From Octopus vulgaris (taxonomy: Eukaryota), in NCBI GenBank assembly GCA_951406725.2, contig OX597819.1, positions 53,196,001-53,260,000 of the forward strand: a stretch of 64,000 nt of DNA, written 5' to 3'. Position numbers and translations under genes: made by a program. Positions 13,847 through 27,368 of this stretch are shown here, one piece after another. Within the stretch, counting starts at the first letter, position 1, and the number at the start of each line of letters is the position of its first letter. The notes below the pieces were generated by a model, which worked only from the letters and a program-made list of their open reading frames with translations, did not search any database and was not told the origin of the DNA.

Positions 13847-13886
13847 CTAACACTGCTTTGCTAAAGCTTTTATAATCCTTGCTTTC
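13847..13886 (-). CDS. 40-nt internal exon of an unidentified minus-strand gene; only open frame ESKDYKSFSKAVL (phase 0 to 1); could be non-coding
   Basis: ttaattgcttcttttttttcttctttgttttgttgccttgccacag|GAAAGCAAGG...GCAGTGTTAG|gtaagt: long pyrimidine tract, CAG acceptor and perfect donor; the other two frames contain stops. Confidence 0.6.
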
Positions 13887-14454
13887 CTGTGGCAAGGCAA
13901 CAAAACAAAGAAGAAAAAAAAGAAGCAATTAACCCCTTATCTAACAAACAAACCACCAACAACAACAACCACAAACTAAAATCAAGTTATTATATACTAC
14001 TCTTTTCTCCAGCCACACTCCACACCTTGAACATAATAACTAAGTACTAAGTCATTCATTTTAACCAACTTGTCCATTCAAGTTCCCGTACTAAGTACAC
14101 AACACAACAGTTGATAAAGGCATGAACTTTATCAACTGGTTATAATTAAAAATAATAAATACTGTGATTAGTAAGTGAAAGTATCAAGAGTAAAAAGACT
14201 AAAAACCAAAGTCATCAAACCTTGATAACCAGCTCAGCTCAAGGATAATGTTAAGTACATTAATCTATCAATAAAACCCTAATTGAACTTGTCACCTGTT
14301 TACTCAGCATTAACTGGACTGTATGGCAAAGCTATTAATACTTAATGCTTTAAGAATTGAGTAGCTTTTGTTTTCACATGCCTGTGTTGTCAAACTGCTT
14401 CATTATATGTTTAGACTAGAAAAAATTCAAATATAAAGCTGCTACATCTTGTTT

Positions 14455-14915
14455 AGATTTTAGTCAGCCATGATCAAGCCGCCTTATGACAAAAAATGCT
14501 CAAACTAATGTATCCAATCTTCTTTTTTTCCCTCATAGACAGAGAACCGGGTACTACATTATCCAATGAGTCCTTCCTTTACAAGATAATAGGGTGTGTG
14601 TGTGGGGATCAGGTTGTTATTTCTCTCGCAAGCAACCATACAGGTCTCCTCATTGGCTTCAAAGCCTCTTTTATTCAAAGATCACAGTGGCTTACAAGGT
14701 CCTGCTGGTTGCTGTTTAGCCCATGTCAACTCTGACTAACCAGACCAATGATTAAAGGTATTCAAGCTCTAACTACTCACAACTTTAAGGGATATACAGA
14801 ACAACCATTAACTCATGTTTCTTTCTCTTTTTTTCACCATGGTGCATTGTTCAAAGGAGGCCTGGCTGCTATTTCTAAATAGTCAAACAACTAAGCAGAG
14901 GCTCCCTAGTTAGCT
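14455..14915 (+). repeat. Tandem dimer of unclassified ~200-bp dispersed repeat (family E); other copies about 10300-10680(-), 11945-12135, 51960-52130, 52500-52690, 56260-56445(-)
   Basis: Shared motifs agacc(t/a)atgat(c/t)aaag and tggctgctatttcta. Confidence 0.65.
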
Positions 14916-15812
14916 CATCAAAGTACCTTATTTATAATCATAGGCCTTGTGCCTAAATCAGCAACAAATTTTGAGAAGATTAGGTTAGTTAATACCATCA
15001 ATCACAGTATCTGATTAGTATTTTATTTTACTGATCCTGAAATGATGAGGGCAGGATTTGAACTCAGATTGTAAATAGACAGAACAATTACTGCAAAGCA
15101 TTTCCTTCCCAGTGTTTTAATGATTCTGCCAGCTCAGTCTTTTAGCCAGATTGCCTATGCATGTAATGTGTACATGTAATGTGTAATGAATCAAATTGCT
15201 CTTAGATCTAAATGAAATGTACAAGGTCCTTTTTTATCAGCCTTTTCTTCAATAACATTTCCATCTATGAAGCATATACCACCAAAAGAAGTATTTTAAT
15301 GAATAAGGTCATTTATGGAAGCCAGCTATAACCCTTCCCAACTACAAGTTATGGTGTTAACCTCATTGACAGAACCGGCTAATATTTTTGATCCAAATAT
15401 CAAGCAGTCAAAACAAAAGAAGGTACAATCTCTCTCTCCCCTGCCACACACACACGCTAATACTTCCCAATCTGTCTAGAACATTTCAATTGTAGCCTGT
15501 CTATAAACAAATCTCATCTCATTTCTATCTCACCTTTTCTCCACAGCTTTCAACAATGTTTCTTTTAAATACCATTAATAATTGCTAACAGTATTACACA
15601 AGCTAATCCACAACATTCAAGAAAGCTATGTCTGAAGAAACAGTACAAGGCTAGCCAGATGAAACTCTATTGATTAACCACCAATATTAAACCTATACCA
15701 ACACACACAGAGCATTGACTAAGACTTCAACCAATTCACCCTCTTGCCTCACATTCTTTTGTCAAAGGTGCAAGAAGAAAGTTATAAGTTCATCCTTGCA
15801 TACCACTGATAC

Positions 15813-16191
15813 TTTTATCTACTACTTGTTTTAGTCATTCGATTGTGACCATGCTGGAGCACTACCTTGAAGGGTTTAGTCAAACAAATAGACTCCTGTA
15901 CTTATTTTCAGAGTCTAGTACTTATTTTATTGGTCTGTTTTGCCATACTGCTAAGTTACAGGGACGTAAACAAACCAACACTGGTTGTCAAGCAATGGGT
16001 GAACAAACACAAATACACACATATATAATGGGCTACCACACAGTTTCCATTTACCACATTCATTCACAAGATATTGGTTGGCCTAGGACCATAGTAGAAG
16101 ACACTTGCTGAAGGTGCTGTGCAGTAGGACTGGACCTCAAACTACATGGTTGCAAAACAAGCTTCTTAATCCCACCATTACACCTCTGCCT
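15813..16191 (-). mobile_element. SINE family A
   Basis: acttgttttagtcatt...catgctggagcac...gtagaagacacttgc; reverse complement of the family consensus. Confidence 0.85.
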
Positions 16192-17039
16192 AAATGTTTA
16201 AGACAAGTCATAAAAAGGATTATATTTTTCATACTGTTTGCCTCATCTTTTACAGTATGTATTTACCTTTACACTTAGTTGAAAGGAAGAGGTAAAAAGA
16301 GAGAAAAAAATCTTGTTAATCAGAGCAAGTATAGTTGAAGTAGGAGGCAAATCGGCAAAGAATAGGGAGTGAGAGGGAGGGAAGAGAGAGAGAGCGAAAG
16401 AGAGGACATTGATAGCACTGAGAGGCAAGAGAAATATATTGTGTTAAACGCAGAAGAAATATTAGAGGCAACAAGTCAGAGAGGAGGAAGGGAGCAGAGA
16501 GAAAGAGAATGATAGTAAAAGAGAAGCTATTCTCAGAGAGAAAATGCTGGAAAACTTTTTGTTTTGGATGATATATGATAAAACCATTGTGACAGTTATT
16601 CTATGCTGTTTGAAATGATTTGTAAAAAATTTCATTAAAAAATACCAATTTTTTCTGAAAGTTATGAGGCAGAAAATGTCAGGTTGTGCAAATTTTCCGA
16701 AACTCCTCTCTCTAGCCCCCCAGAAAAATTTTTCCAACAAAACATACACTCAATCAACAGGATCTAAGCAATTACTTATGGGATTTATGAGGCAACAAAG
16801 TTGGTGAGGTATATATCTGTAGTCATGCATATAATTATTCGATACTTATTAAATGGAGTCACTATTTACAGATGCTTATGTTTTTTATGTTTTCCGTGAA
16901 GTTTACACAAGTCAAGCTAGTAAAAATTGTTATCAAACAAAGAAATTTGTTGCAAAAAAAATCATGTAAAAAAAAAAAAGAAAAAAATCGCTGAGAACAA
17001 TTGTAGTAATGAAAACTTGGGAATCTAAAATTTCAGGAT

Positions 17040-17194
17040 TGTGGGTCCAGATTTGGCCTGGAATGTTTTTAATTTATTCACAAAGTCAACCTGATTCCAA
17101 AATGGTATGATATGTTGAGCTACAGCATCTAGGAATAAAGTTGAAAAAGTGTGACACACAGCCACACTGACATTTGCATTTATTACATTAGATT
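17040..17194 (-). mobile_element. Possible non-autonomous Helitron-like 5' end (similar piece about 52780-52958)
   Basis: Minus strand begins ATCTAATGTAATAAATGCAAATGTC...TGTGTGTCAC, resembling Lep1/DINE-type Helitron starts; recognised from memory only. Confidence 0.3.
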
Positions 17195-18812
17195 GATGAT
17201 AACTGATTTAATAAAGATATGAAAGTAAAGTAAGCAATAGCAGCACCTGGTTCAGAGAAAAATGGTACTGAAATAGACAGTAAAGTCTGGTATTTTGTAA
17301 TTCTTTACACTTTCCTTTGACCACAAAAATAATAATTTTTATTTTACATTGCTCGTTCCATTCGTATGTGTGGCATATATCAAAGTTACTTGAGCAGTAC
17401 TTTACATCAATTAGGATAAAAATGAAAATCCAGTTCCTGCAGGATTTGAACTCAGAATTCCTTGGAGATAAAACTCAATGCTGTAATACATTCAATCTTA
17501 TAGTCTCTCATTTTTTCCCTACTACTTTCTTTGAAATTACTATCAGAGGAGAAGACAAATTTGGATTTGAATTTGTGAGAGAAGAGATTTAACACAAGAC
17601 AATGATAGATGTTTCAGTTTTTAATTAAAATTCATAAACTGCTGCTATCATTTTTGCATAAGTTATCACTGATGCTCACCTAGATAGGTCAGGGGACCTC
17701 ATTTACTTACATTTTATTTTGGACTTGGTTTCTATGGCTAGATGCCCTTCCTAATACCAACCACTTTATAATGCGTACTGGTCACTTTATTTATTATTTT
17801 TTGCTTCAATGACACCAGTACTAAAAAGGAGTCATGCTTTTGACAAGACTAGAGGGTCTTTACAACTTCACACTTTACAGAGTGTACTAGGTGCATTTTC
17901 TCAAACAGCAACAGATGTAGTCATGTCTTTCACACAACTAAAAGGTTTTCACAATTCTTTGTTTCTGTTTGCCAGTCAATCTCTTAACAGAGTGAGAAGC
18001 ATGAGTGATAGTCTCAGATAAATGATAGCATCAGAGCATATTCAGAATAGCAATACTGAAGATGACTTCTTTACAACTCTCTGCAAGATCTCTAACCTCT
18101 AAACATGTTAGAAATAGCGGGCAAAATCTACTTCAAATCACACTCCACCAAGTTATAGTACACACTAGATACTTCTGCAAAAAATGGAATCATCATTACT
18201 GGAAAGCCCAATCAGTGTTGACTACTACTACTACTACTACTTTCTATAGTGTATGTAGGTCATGTCTACTTGACAGAAGTCATCACTCTTCATGCTACAA
18301 CCATAGCAAGAATTCTATTTTGTACTGCAAGCACACATTAAAAAAAAAATCTATATTAGAATGCAACAACTACTTGCACTATGGTGTTGTTTCTACTTTG
18401 TTATAGTTGTTTCCATTTAAGTGGACTGTACCATTTAAGAGTTAAATGTCTTGGCTTCAGGCATAAAACAGTGTCCAGAAACAGGAAATAAACCACTACC
18501 CTCTCAGCTGGTTGTCCAGTACCATGTCAAACCAGCTATCCAAGCCCTATTCACTCTTGGAAAGTGGAGGTGATTTAATAAAAACAAAAACCAATCAGTA
18601 ATACAAACAAATGGTAATGCTATAATACACGAGTACATTGATATATTCAACATGTAATTTAAAATCATCACTATCATCTTGTAGTGCTTAAAAATGCTGA
18701 GAAAGGCATACCACTCATCCCTCCCACCAAAGCAATCTGCCTGAAATAATCAATAAGCATTACAAGTAACTGTCCTGAAACATAGACCTACCGCTGAGGA
18801 AAGTTCCACTAG

Positions 18813-18869
<57 letters not shown>

Positions 18870-19292
18870 TCTTGCTGTTTATTTACCAATTTCTTCTTGA
18901 TAAACAGCATCCACTAACATTATATTGCTTTCTACGCCATTCACACAAAACAAAAATAAATGGTGTAAGACATAACAACATCAACTAATGTGGCTGCCAC
19001 CACCACCACCACCGCCATTATTATTACTATTATTATTATTATCGTTATTATTATTATTATTATTATTAACAGCAAAAACAAAAACTACAACAACAGTGAA
19101 AAGAAAACAAAAATGGCCGAGAATATCTACAAAATAATAAGTATACAATATGTTTTGAATTTGTATTGATTGAGTGAATCACATTATATATAAGGCACAA
19201 TAAGATTACCCACCAATGATATACACATGTATTATTATAAATATATTCAAATTACATAGCATAGAAAACCTGTTTACCAAGTAATTTGCACA

Positions 19293-19294
<2 letters not shown>

Positions 19295-19353
<59 letters not shown>

Positions 19354-19477
19354 CACACACATGCATGTATGTGTGTGTGTATATGCATGGATACACATAT
19401 ATAGATATGTGTTCATGTATATACATACATATACACATACAGAGATGTGTGCATGTATAATATGTATATATATATTC

Positions 19478-19547
<70 letters not shown>
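19295..19547. repeat. Compound (TA)n/(CA)n microsatellite (further (TA)n at about 18816, 21420, 22222, 31838, 41430-41600, 48728; (TG)n at about 19684, 26770, 55635)
   Basis: Direct reading. Confidence 0.95.
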
Positions 19548-19549
<2 letters not shown>

Positions 19550-19681
19550 CAATTTTATTGAAATGGAAAAATTACTCAGGAAGAAAAAGAAAACATGTCA
19601 TCGAAGCAGTGAATTCTAAAAGAATCATTGAAAAATGGTCACTTTTGTTAGAATATTGCATAGTTAAAGTCTAGTGATTAA

Positions 19682-19732
<51 letters not shown>

Positions 19733-20392
19733 TGAGAGAGAGAGAGAGAGAGCATACACTCACACGTGTGCATGTATGTGCACAGAGGCATGCATTATTA
19801 GCTGAGGAAGGTGGAGTTATATATATGAGAGAGAGAGAGATAAAACATGGATAAAATATTCTCCAAAAGTGATTTATAAAGATAATCACACATCCACACA
19901 CACACACATATGCCCACACACAAATATTTTGGAAAATTACAAATGCAGATTTATTTTTTTTTATATTTTAAAATTTAAAAAAAAAAAAAATGAATTGCAA
20001 TATTCATTGATAAAAACCATTCTTGAAAGGGTTTTTCAATTGATTCCTTCAATCTACATTAAAATGAAATTTAGATTAAGAGAAAAAAGTGTTTTTAATC
20101 CATTTGGTGACATTTCTTAAGATAGTTTTATCCCTGATTGGCATTTCATAGGAGTGATGGATTCATAATGACAAATCTGATATTAGACAATGATGCATTT
20201 TATCGCAACACTAGTTGTTTTGGTGTTCGTCTATAACAACCAACACTACTACTACTACATTAACAACAAACCTTTATAACTTTTAGTGTTTGGTGTGTTT
20301 TTAACCATTACATTTGGATAGCAAACCCCCCCCCCCCCGAATGAACATTGAGAATAAAAAGAATGGTTGGCCATTAACAGCCTGCAGGGTGT

Positions 20393-20850
20393 ACTAGCAG
20401 TGTAAAATGTGACATGTGATTAGTAATAGCAGTGTAGAATATGACATGTAGCTAGTAAAAGCAGTATAGAATGTGGCATTAATAGTAGTGTAGGATGTGA
20501 TATGTAGCCAATAATAGCAATGTACAATGTGACATGTTGCCAGTAATAGCAATGAAGAATGTGACACATGGTTGGTGATAGCAGTCAAGTATCAGTTGTG
20601 ACACGAGGCCACTTACAGAAGTGTGTCAGTGACATGTGGCCAGCAATAGCAATATGTATTATTGGGTAAGTGTTAGCAATGAGTCTGTGGTATGTAGCCA
20701 GTGTTAGCAGTGTCCATATCATGTGGTCAGTCTTAGCAATTAGACTGTCACTTGCAGCCAGCATTAGCTTTGACATATGACCAATAACAGTAGTACATCA
20801 GGGCATGTGTACATTGATAATAGTTTGGCTGTAACATGTGACCACTTCTA
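20393..20850. repeat. Degenerate 32-bp minisatellite (approx. tagcagtgtagaatgtgacatgtagccagtaa)
   Basis: Unit starts at 20395, 20427, 20459, 20483 (after a short unit), 20515, 20547 and 20579; decays rightward. Confidence 0.85.
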
Positions 20851-21411
20851 TACTCTTAGTGAGTTAATCAGGAGGAGGAGGAGATGCACTATTAAGAACT
20901 ATCACAGGTTCTCCACAATTAGTAATGTTCATGTCAAGCTTTATATGAACACCTATAAGGAAAAAGTTGGTGAATAAAGAATTTCAAAGCAACGTTAAGA
21001 GGCTATTCTGGCAAAGAAAGAAAAGTAAATGTGCTTAATGCAAGATATCTAGATGAGGAGGCACACACACATTATGTGTGTGTGCACGCGCACATTCACA
21101 CATCTATTAAAAAACATCAGAACACAACATAATGGAAATAAATTACAAACCAACAATAAGAATAATTCTCAAGAAAATTCTATCATTAAAGTATCAGCAT
21201 AAGAACCAACACACACACACACACACACACACAGGTGGGGTGGGTGAAGAGACCTCTCTTAATATCTGTTCTAAGATCTGACAACAAAAAGAATTATCAC
21301 AAATAAAAGATTAACAATAATGAATAAATAAAAGAAATAATAAAGCTCAGTGCAGTTGAATTTGGCATAGATTATTCAATAGTATTTTACTATGTCTTTT
21401 GTTAGTATTTT

Positions 21412-21454
<43 letters not shown>

Positions 21455-22220
21455 CTAATAAAATATTTATTTCTTCCTTCTGAACAGATCACCCACATTC
21501 TTTTTATTATCATCATCAATATTATTAATATCATCATCATCATCATTGTTATTATTATTGTCTATTTTTCTGAAAGTTTTGACAAATGTGAAATTAAAAA
21601 AAAAAAAATACTGAAACTGAAATAATAAAAATCAAGAAAGGAAAAACAAATTTCATGATGTAAATTTTAAAGAGCAGTACATAAAAATAAATCATAAAAC
21701 CAAAGTGACATTAGCAATAAATCACAGTAAAGCGTCAGAGGGGAGATTTAGTTGTTTATATAGAAATGCCCAGTGTGTTCCAGGAATTCTTTCATGATTA
21801 AAGTCCATCTTCATAGTACATTAATGCCAAATACATTAGATAGGTAAATTGAGAGTTGCCTAGGAGATGAACACAGAAAAGAAAATGTCGAAAAAGACTG
21901 TGGGGTAGGGAAGAGAGAGGTGAAGGAGAGAAAGCCTCTTAACTCCTAAATTCATTGAGTGTATTTGACCAACAGAACAAGGCAACATACAAAGTGTAGT
22001 CTCTTAAAGAGCTTTGATAAGATTTCCACAGATGCTAGAGAAAAATATTTTCCACAAATGGAATGACCTGAGAATCGAAAATCCGGCTAAAACATGACGA
22101 GAAAACTAAAAGAAAGAGCTTTTATATTATTCTATGTAAGAAAGTAGCACCTAGAAGCTACTTCAAATGCCATTCAGTATAAAAGAAGAAAAAGAAAAGA
22201 AAAAAACCAACAATACAAAG

Positions 22221-22258
<38 letters not shown>

Positions 22259-23982
22259 AAAACAATTTTTTCTTTAAAACATTTTCTTTAAATGACAATC
22301 CAAAGTTCCTGGAAACTACACAACATTAGAAATATTAAGTACAATTAGTCTTGTAAACAAATAATATTTTTTACCTCTCTTTCACTATTTTTTTCCCCCC
22401 TGGGAAAGGACCAACCTGTTATCAAGACATCTCTTTGTTACATGAATGAGGAAATAACTGTTTTTATTTTTACTCTTATTATATTTCTGACAATACTGCT
22501 GCTACTCAGAACAAACCAAGAAAAATTCCAATGAGATAATTCAGATACAAGTCTTAAGCCATGTGTGAATCACGGTGGTGCTTAAGTTGCAGTGGTGCAT
22601 AGTTAGATTTTCTTTTTCATAAGGACTCAAAAGGCCAGTTTACCCAACTTCCATGGAGTATAAGTGACTGAAACCACGAAATTTTCCCTGAGTGGGATGC
22701 TAGTCCATTGCAGGGGTCAAGGCCGGCAATCCTGAGGAGAAAGAACAAGTTGATTACATTGACCCAGAACATGATTGCAGTTGATGTAACTTTACTTATT
22801 GGCATGGCTTTATCAACACCAAAGGAACGAAAAGCAGAGCTGACGTCAGAGGGGTTTGAACTCAGAACATAAAGAGCCTGAAAAGACAAGTATTATGCCT
22901 GATGGGCTAACAATTCTACCATCTCACTGCCTTTCTGCTAGGTTAGCTGGAACCATTAATCCCTACACAATTTTTTCTCTTCATTTTTTCCCTCTCAGTC
23001 CTTTCTGTCAAAGAGCATTGGCTCAAAACATCAACAGCTTTTCCATTCTTCCAGAGGGTCAAACTAATATACCTGCTTGTCCCTTTGTCCCTTTTTTTCT
23101 GTAAATTCCAACTACACACATACATTCACAAGTACTTTTGAAATCTTTAGCACAGCATAACTTGAGATTTTCAAACAGGATGAAATGATATCATACATGG
23201 CTACTCTGATAATAATAAAAAAGAAGAATAAAAGAATTCTATGCAATAAATGTATGCTCTTTTCACTCTGAAAACAAAAAATTCTCCACAGAAGACCAAA
23301 AAGGGATATGCTTAGAAGCGATTATCTCCTCCCTGAGCATCAACTGTCTTTCATTTTCTGTCTCTAACACAATATATACAGCTTCCAGTAAGAAGACCAC
23401 CACACACAATCTGTCAGTAGCATTGGTCTGAAAAGAGAGACCTAACCTGACTGTGTAAGAACAACTTTTAAAAGTATTCAGAAACTTTAAGATGTTCAGA
23501 AGACAACTTGTAATGAATTAAATCATCCTGGTAAATAGATGGAAAAGTCTCTGACAGCTCAGTATTTATTTTCTGGCACTTAAATTACACACGAGGATTT
23601 TCTAAAACTGACAATAAACAATAAAGTAATAACAAGGACTTAATTTTGCATTAGACCATAACTTATTAACGTTGTCATTTTAGAAATGTCTATACAAGTT
23701 CTAAACTTTAGAGGAACAGTGATGCTACAGTAATTAGCAGCGGTTCTCTTCAGATTCACTGAAAAGTTTTTTTTAACCATTTAGCATTCAGATTACTTTA
23801 TTAAATGTAATGCCTATTTATTCACATCATTTGAAATAATCAAGCATCATCTTGTAGCTTTGAAATTTCAATGATGTAATTGTTTATTTTTAGAGTGACA
23901 ATGTAGGGTAGGTGTGAGATACCAGATATGGTTAGTTTGAACACAAAACAGATAGAAAACTTTGGCCAAATATGGCCAGTTT

Positions 23983-24396
23983 AAATCTCAAGAATCTTTC
24001 TTAAGATTCTTTGCAGAATGCAGGATTGCACTTTGACAATGCAAGCCTAAATTCTAATATCCTTCAGCCTCTTAAATAGCAGTTTTGATGTTGAACAAGG
24101 TGCACTAGTTAGCAGAGGAATACTTGGCCTATGAGTCTTCCACAACCTCATATTTCTCAATGTCTTTGAAGTCCACACTAATACAAATGGTACTACAAAG
24201 TCAATGATCTTGCACTGCTTTTTTTTTTTTTAATTCTCCATTGCATTCTTTGGCTCATGATAATATCATTTTTCAGCTACTTTTCTACACTTAGCTAACA
24301 TCCCAATGCATTCTTTTACTGACAGTCATGCCTGAACTTACATGCTTTTACTGCAAGCTTATTGCATTCACTTAAGAGATGGTCAATACTTTCATA
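23983..24396 (-). pseudogene. Decayed C-terminus of an R4/Dong-like (restriction-like endonuclease) non-LTR retrotransposon
   Basis: Manual translation across frameshifts: ESIDHLLSECNKLAVKACKFRHD (zinc knuckle plus RHD), MHWD, EK*YYHEPKNAMEN, CKIIDFVVP, IEKYE, SAILHSA/RILRKILEI. Confidence 0.8.
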
Positions 24397-24399
24397 TTA

Positions 24400-25270
24400 C
24401 TAGCAGAATCAGTAGCATGACTTAGCAGCATTTCATCTGGCTTTACATTCTGAGTTCAAATCTGACTTTGCCTTTCATCTTTTCAGGGTTGATAAAATAA
24501 GTAGCAGTTGAGCATTGGATTTGATGTAATAGACTTGGACCCACTACTGAACTTGCTGGCCTTGTGCCAAAATTTGAAATTATCATTATTATTATTATTA
24601 TTAAAGTGATGAGCTGATGGGACCCTTAGCATGCCAGACAAAATGCTTAATAGAATTTTGTCAGTCTTTACATACCAAGTTCAAATTCCACCAAGGTCAA
24701 TTTTGCTTTCAGCCTGTTGAGCAGTGGGGTTAATGTAATTGACCAGCTCCCTCCTCAGAAATTTCAGGCTTTCTGCTTAGAGCAGAAAAGATTATTATCA
24801 TTAAGGTGGTGAGCTGGCAGAATGATTAACAGCATTTCTTCCGAGTTCAAATGCTGATAAAATCATCTTTACCTTTCATCCTTTTGCGGTTGATAAAATA
24901 AGTACCAGCTGAGCACTGGGGACAATGAAGTTGACTTCCCCATTCTCTCAAAAGTAATAGCCAAAATTAGAATGAATTATTATTATCATTCCAATTTCAC
25001 AGTTTTCCTCCTCATTGGTTGAAAGTAATTGTAAAAGAAAATTGTCATCGAAAATAACTTTTGCTATATTATCATTGTAACTGTATGGAAGCTCATCATA
25101 TCCCTAGAAAGAGTCGTCGCCAATAGGCAAAGTCATTACAGAGATGGATATGGATTGCTTTGCAATAATTATCCTGGCTCCCTACGCACCGAGATAAAGT
25201 CCTGCCAGCTCTGCATTTCATCCATTTGGGGTTGATAAATAAAGTACCAGTCCAGTACTGAGATCAATTC
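24400..25270 (+). mobile_element. Array of 3-4 head-to-tail SINE family B copies
   Basis: Repeated gagctggcagaat...gagttcaaat...gcctttcatc...gttgataaaataagtaccag units separated by (ATT)n. Confidence 0.8.
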
Positions 25271-26766
25271 TTTTCTACCCTAGTCAGACAGCTGTAATCT
25301 AACTTGGAGATGAGCTCCACCAGGTCTAAAAAGTACCCAGGAAAAGCTGTATGTCACAATGACATACCATGACTCCCTCAAACAGTTGAGGGCCTGAGGT
25401 AAGTGAAGACACATGTGTTTATGTTTGCCTCTCACCACTTGTGAAATGGTGTTGGTTTGCTTATTGTACCTGAAACTTAGCAGGCTAGTAAAAAGTGACT
25501 GATAAAATAAGTGCCAGATTTATACAAGTCTTTTCATACCACATAACAGCAACCGCTGAAAACAGTGAACCTGTATGTTACAAGTCAAGGGCAAAATAGA
25601 TGCTATAGAGCTTTGAACCTAGTTAACTGTTTACTGATTCTGCAGCAGACAAATATTAAGGTATTGTCAGCTTTTGGGAACATAAAAAAAAAAAACAAAA
25701 AAAAAACATTTAAACAAAGTTGCAAACGGTTGACCAATACACATATATTGTTGAAGTTACAACACTTAATGATGACACTCATCACCATGTAACATTACAA
25801 ATGCTACAGGCCTTTTTTTTTTTGTTAAATACACAGACAAGAACACAACTAACATTTAAATTCTCAGAGATGTATAACAAGTTGAAACAAAAGACATAAT
25901 ATATTCAAGATTTCATTTACATTTATTCTTAGTTCACACAGACTTCAGTCAAAGCCCCAGTTAATTTTTGATGAATAAAAGCTTTAAATAGACAAATTAA
26001 AATATATGGTTATCAGGTTCATATGTATCATCATCATAGTTTTATTGTCTATTTTTCTATTTCGTTGTCTACTTTTCCATTTCGTTGTCTACTTCCCATG
26101 CTAGCATGGGTCAGATAGAATTTGCTGAGGCAAAGTTTCTACAGCCTGATGCATACCTCTTTTGTTGCCAACTCTCACCTGTTTTTATGTAAGGTTAAAT
26201 TTTCTCATGGCTAGATGTTTTTACAGAAGACTAGAAACGAAGAACACTACTGTTATGAGTGACACTAATTTCCACTATCATGCAATGTCAAGACAAGGAG
26301 ACACACACACTCACAACAGAGATGAGATCCACTTATAAGGTTTTGATTGACTCAGGCTTATAGTAGAACACACTAACCCAAAATGATGTACAGTGAGACT
26401 AAACCTGAAACCATATGGTTGGGAAGCTTGCTTCCTACTGTTGACTATATATAAATGTACACTCTTTGTTCCCCTTGTATATTCCAAATGCTTTATATAA
26501 ACGCCCCTGTGGCCAACTGCTATTTATGGTAAGGCTGCATCAGAATCTGTTTCACTCTACAGAGATGAAGAGGCAAAGCAGTCATCAAAGCTCCTAGATA
26601 TCCCAGAAGGTTTACCATAAAGTAAATATACACATATTTTCTTTTTTTTTGAGTATATACAAGATTCTTTTTTGTGTTTATGTAATTCACACAGACTTTG
26701 ATCATAGCTGCTACCTCATTTCTAATCTCTTAAAGAGCATTCTTCAATAAGCTTTATATATGCACT

Positions 26767-26815
<49 letters not shown>

Positions 26816-27337
26816 ATGTAAGTGGTTATGGTAGATGGAGGTAGCCCATTACCTTTCTTAAACATCACATGATGGTTGTCATTGGGAATCAATGGCCTAC
26901 AAGAAAAATTGGTTGCTTTCAGTCTTCTATGAAAAACATATCTGGCTATGAGGAAATATCACCTTTCTTGAAAACAGGCCAGGGTTGATGACAGGAGGGG
27001 CATCAGGTTGTAGAAAATCTGCCTCAAGAAATTCTGCTTGACACATGCAAGCACGGAAAAGCGTATGTTAAACGATGGTGATGACGATGGGTTTCATCTT
27101 ACTGTTTAGTGTATTGGGTGTCTTTGTGAGTGTGAAACTGAACAGACAGAAACCATATGCAAGATTGTCAGACAGCCTGTAAGTCAAAGGATCAGCATTA
27201 CCATATACTGTGTAACACTGATTCTACCAAAAAATGCAGATGTCTATGGCATATTCAGCCACTAAAAACAAAGACTGTTTCAGTTGCATAAGGAACTAGA
27301 AGATTCATTGTCAAAGCTGAGAGATAATCTATTTACT

Positions 27338-27368
<31 letters not shown>

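Noticed and set aside
18506-18537. agctggtt/aaccagct stem reminiscent of miR-133
   Set aside because: Only an 8-bp stem in 32 nt; the mature sequence does not match.
18794-18815. Second CTGAGGA motif adjacent to (TA)n
   Set aside because: No GAAA or stem III follows; too incomplete to call a hammerhead.
20393-20850. CRISPR-like periodicity
   Set aside because: Contiguous degenerate tandem units without unique spacers, in a eukaryotic context with no cas genes.
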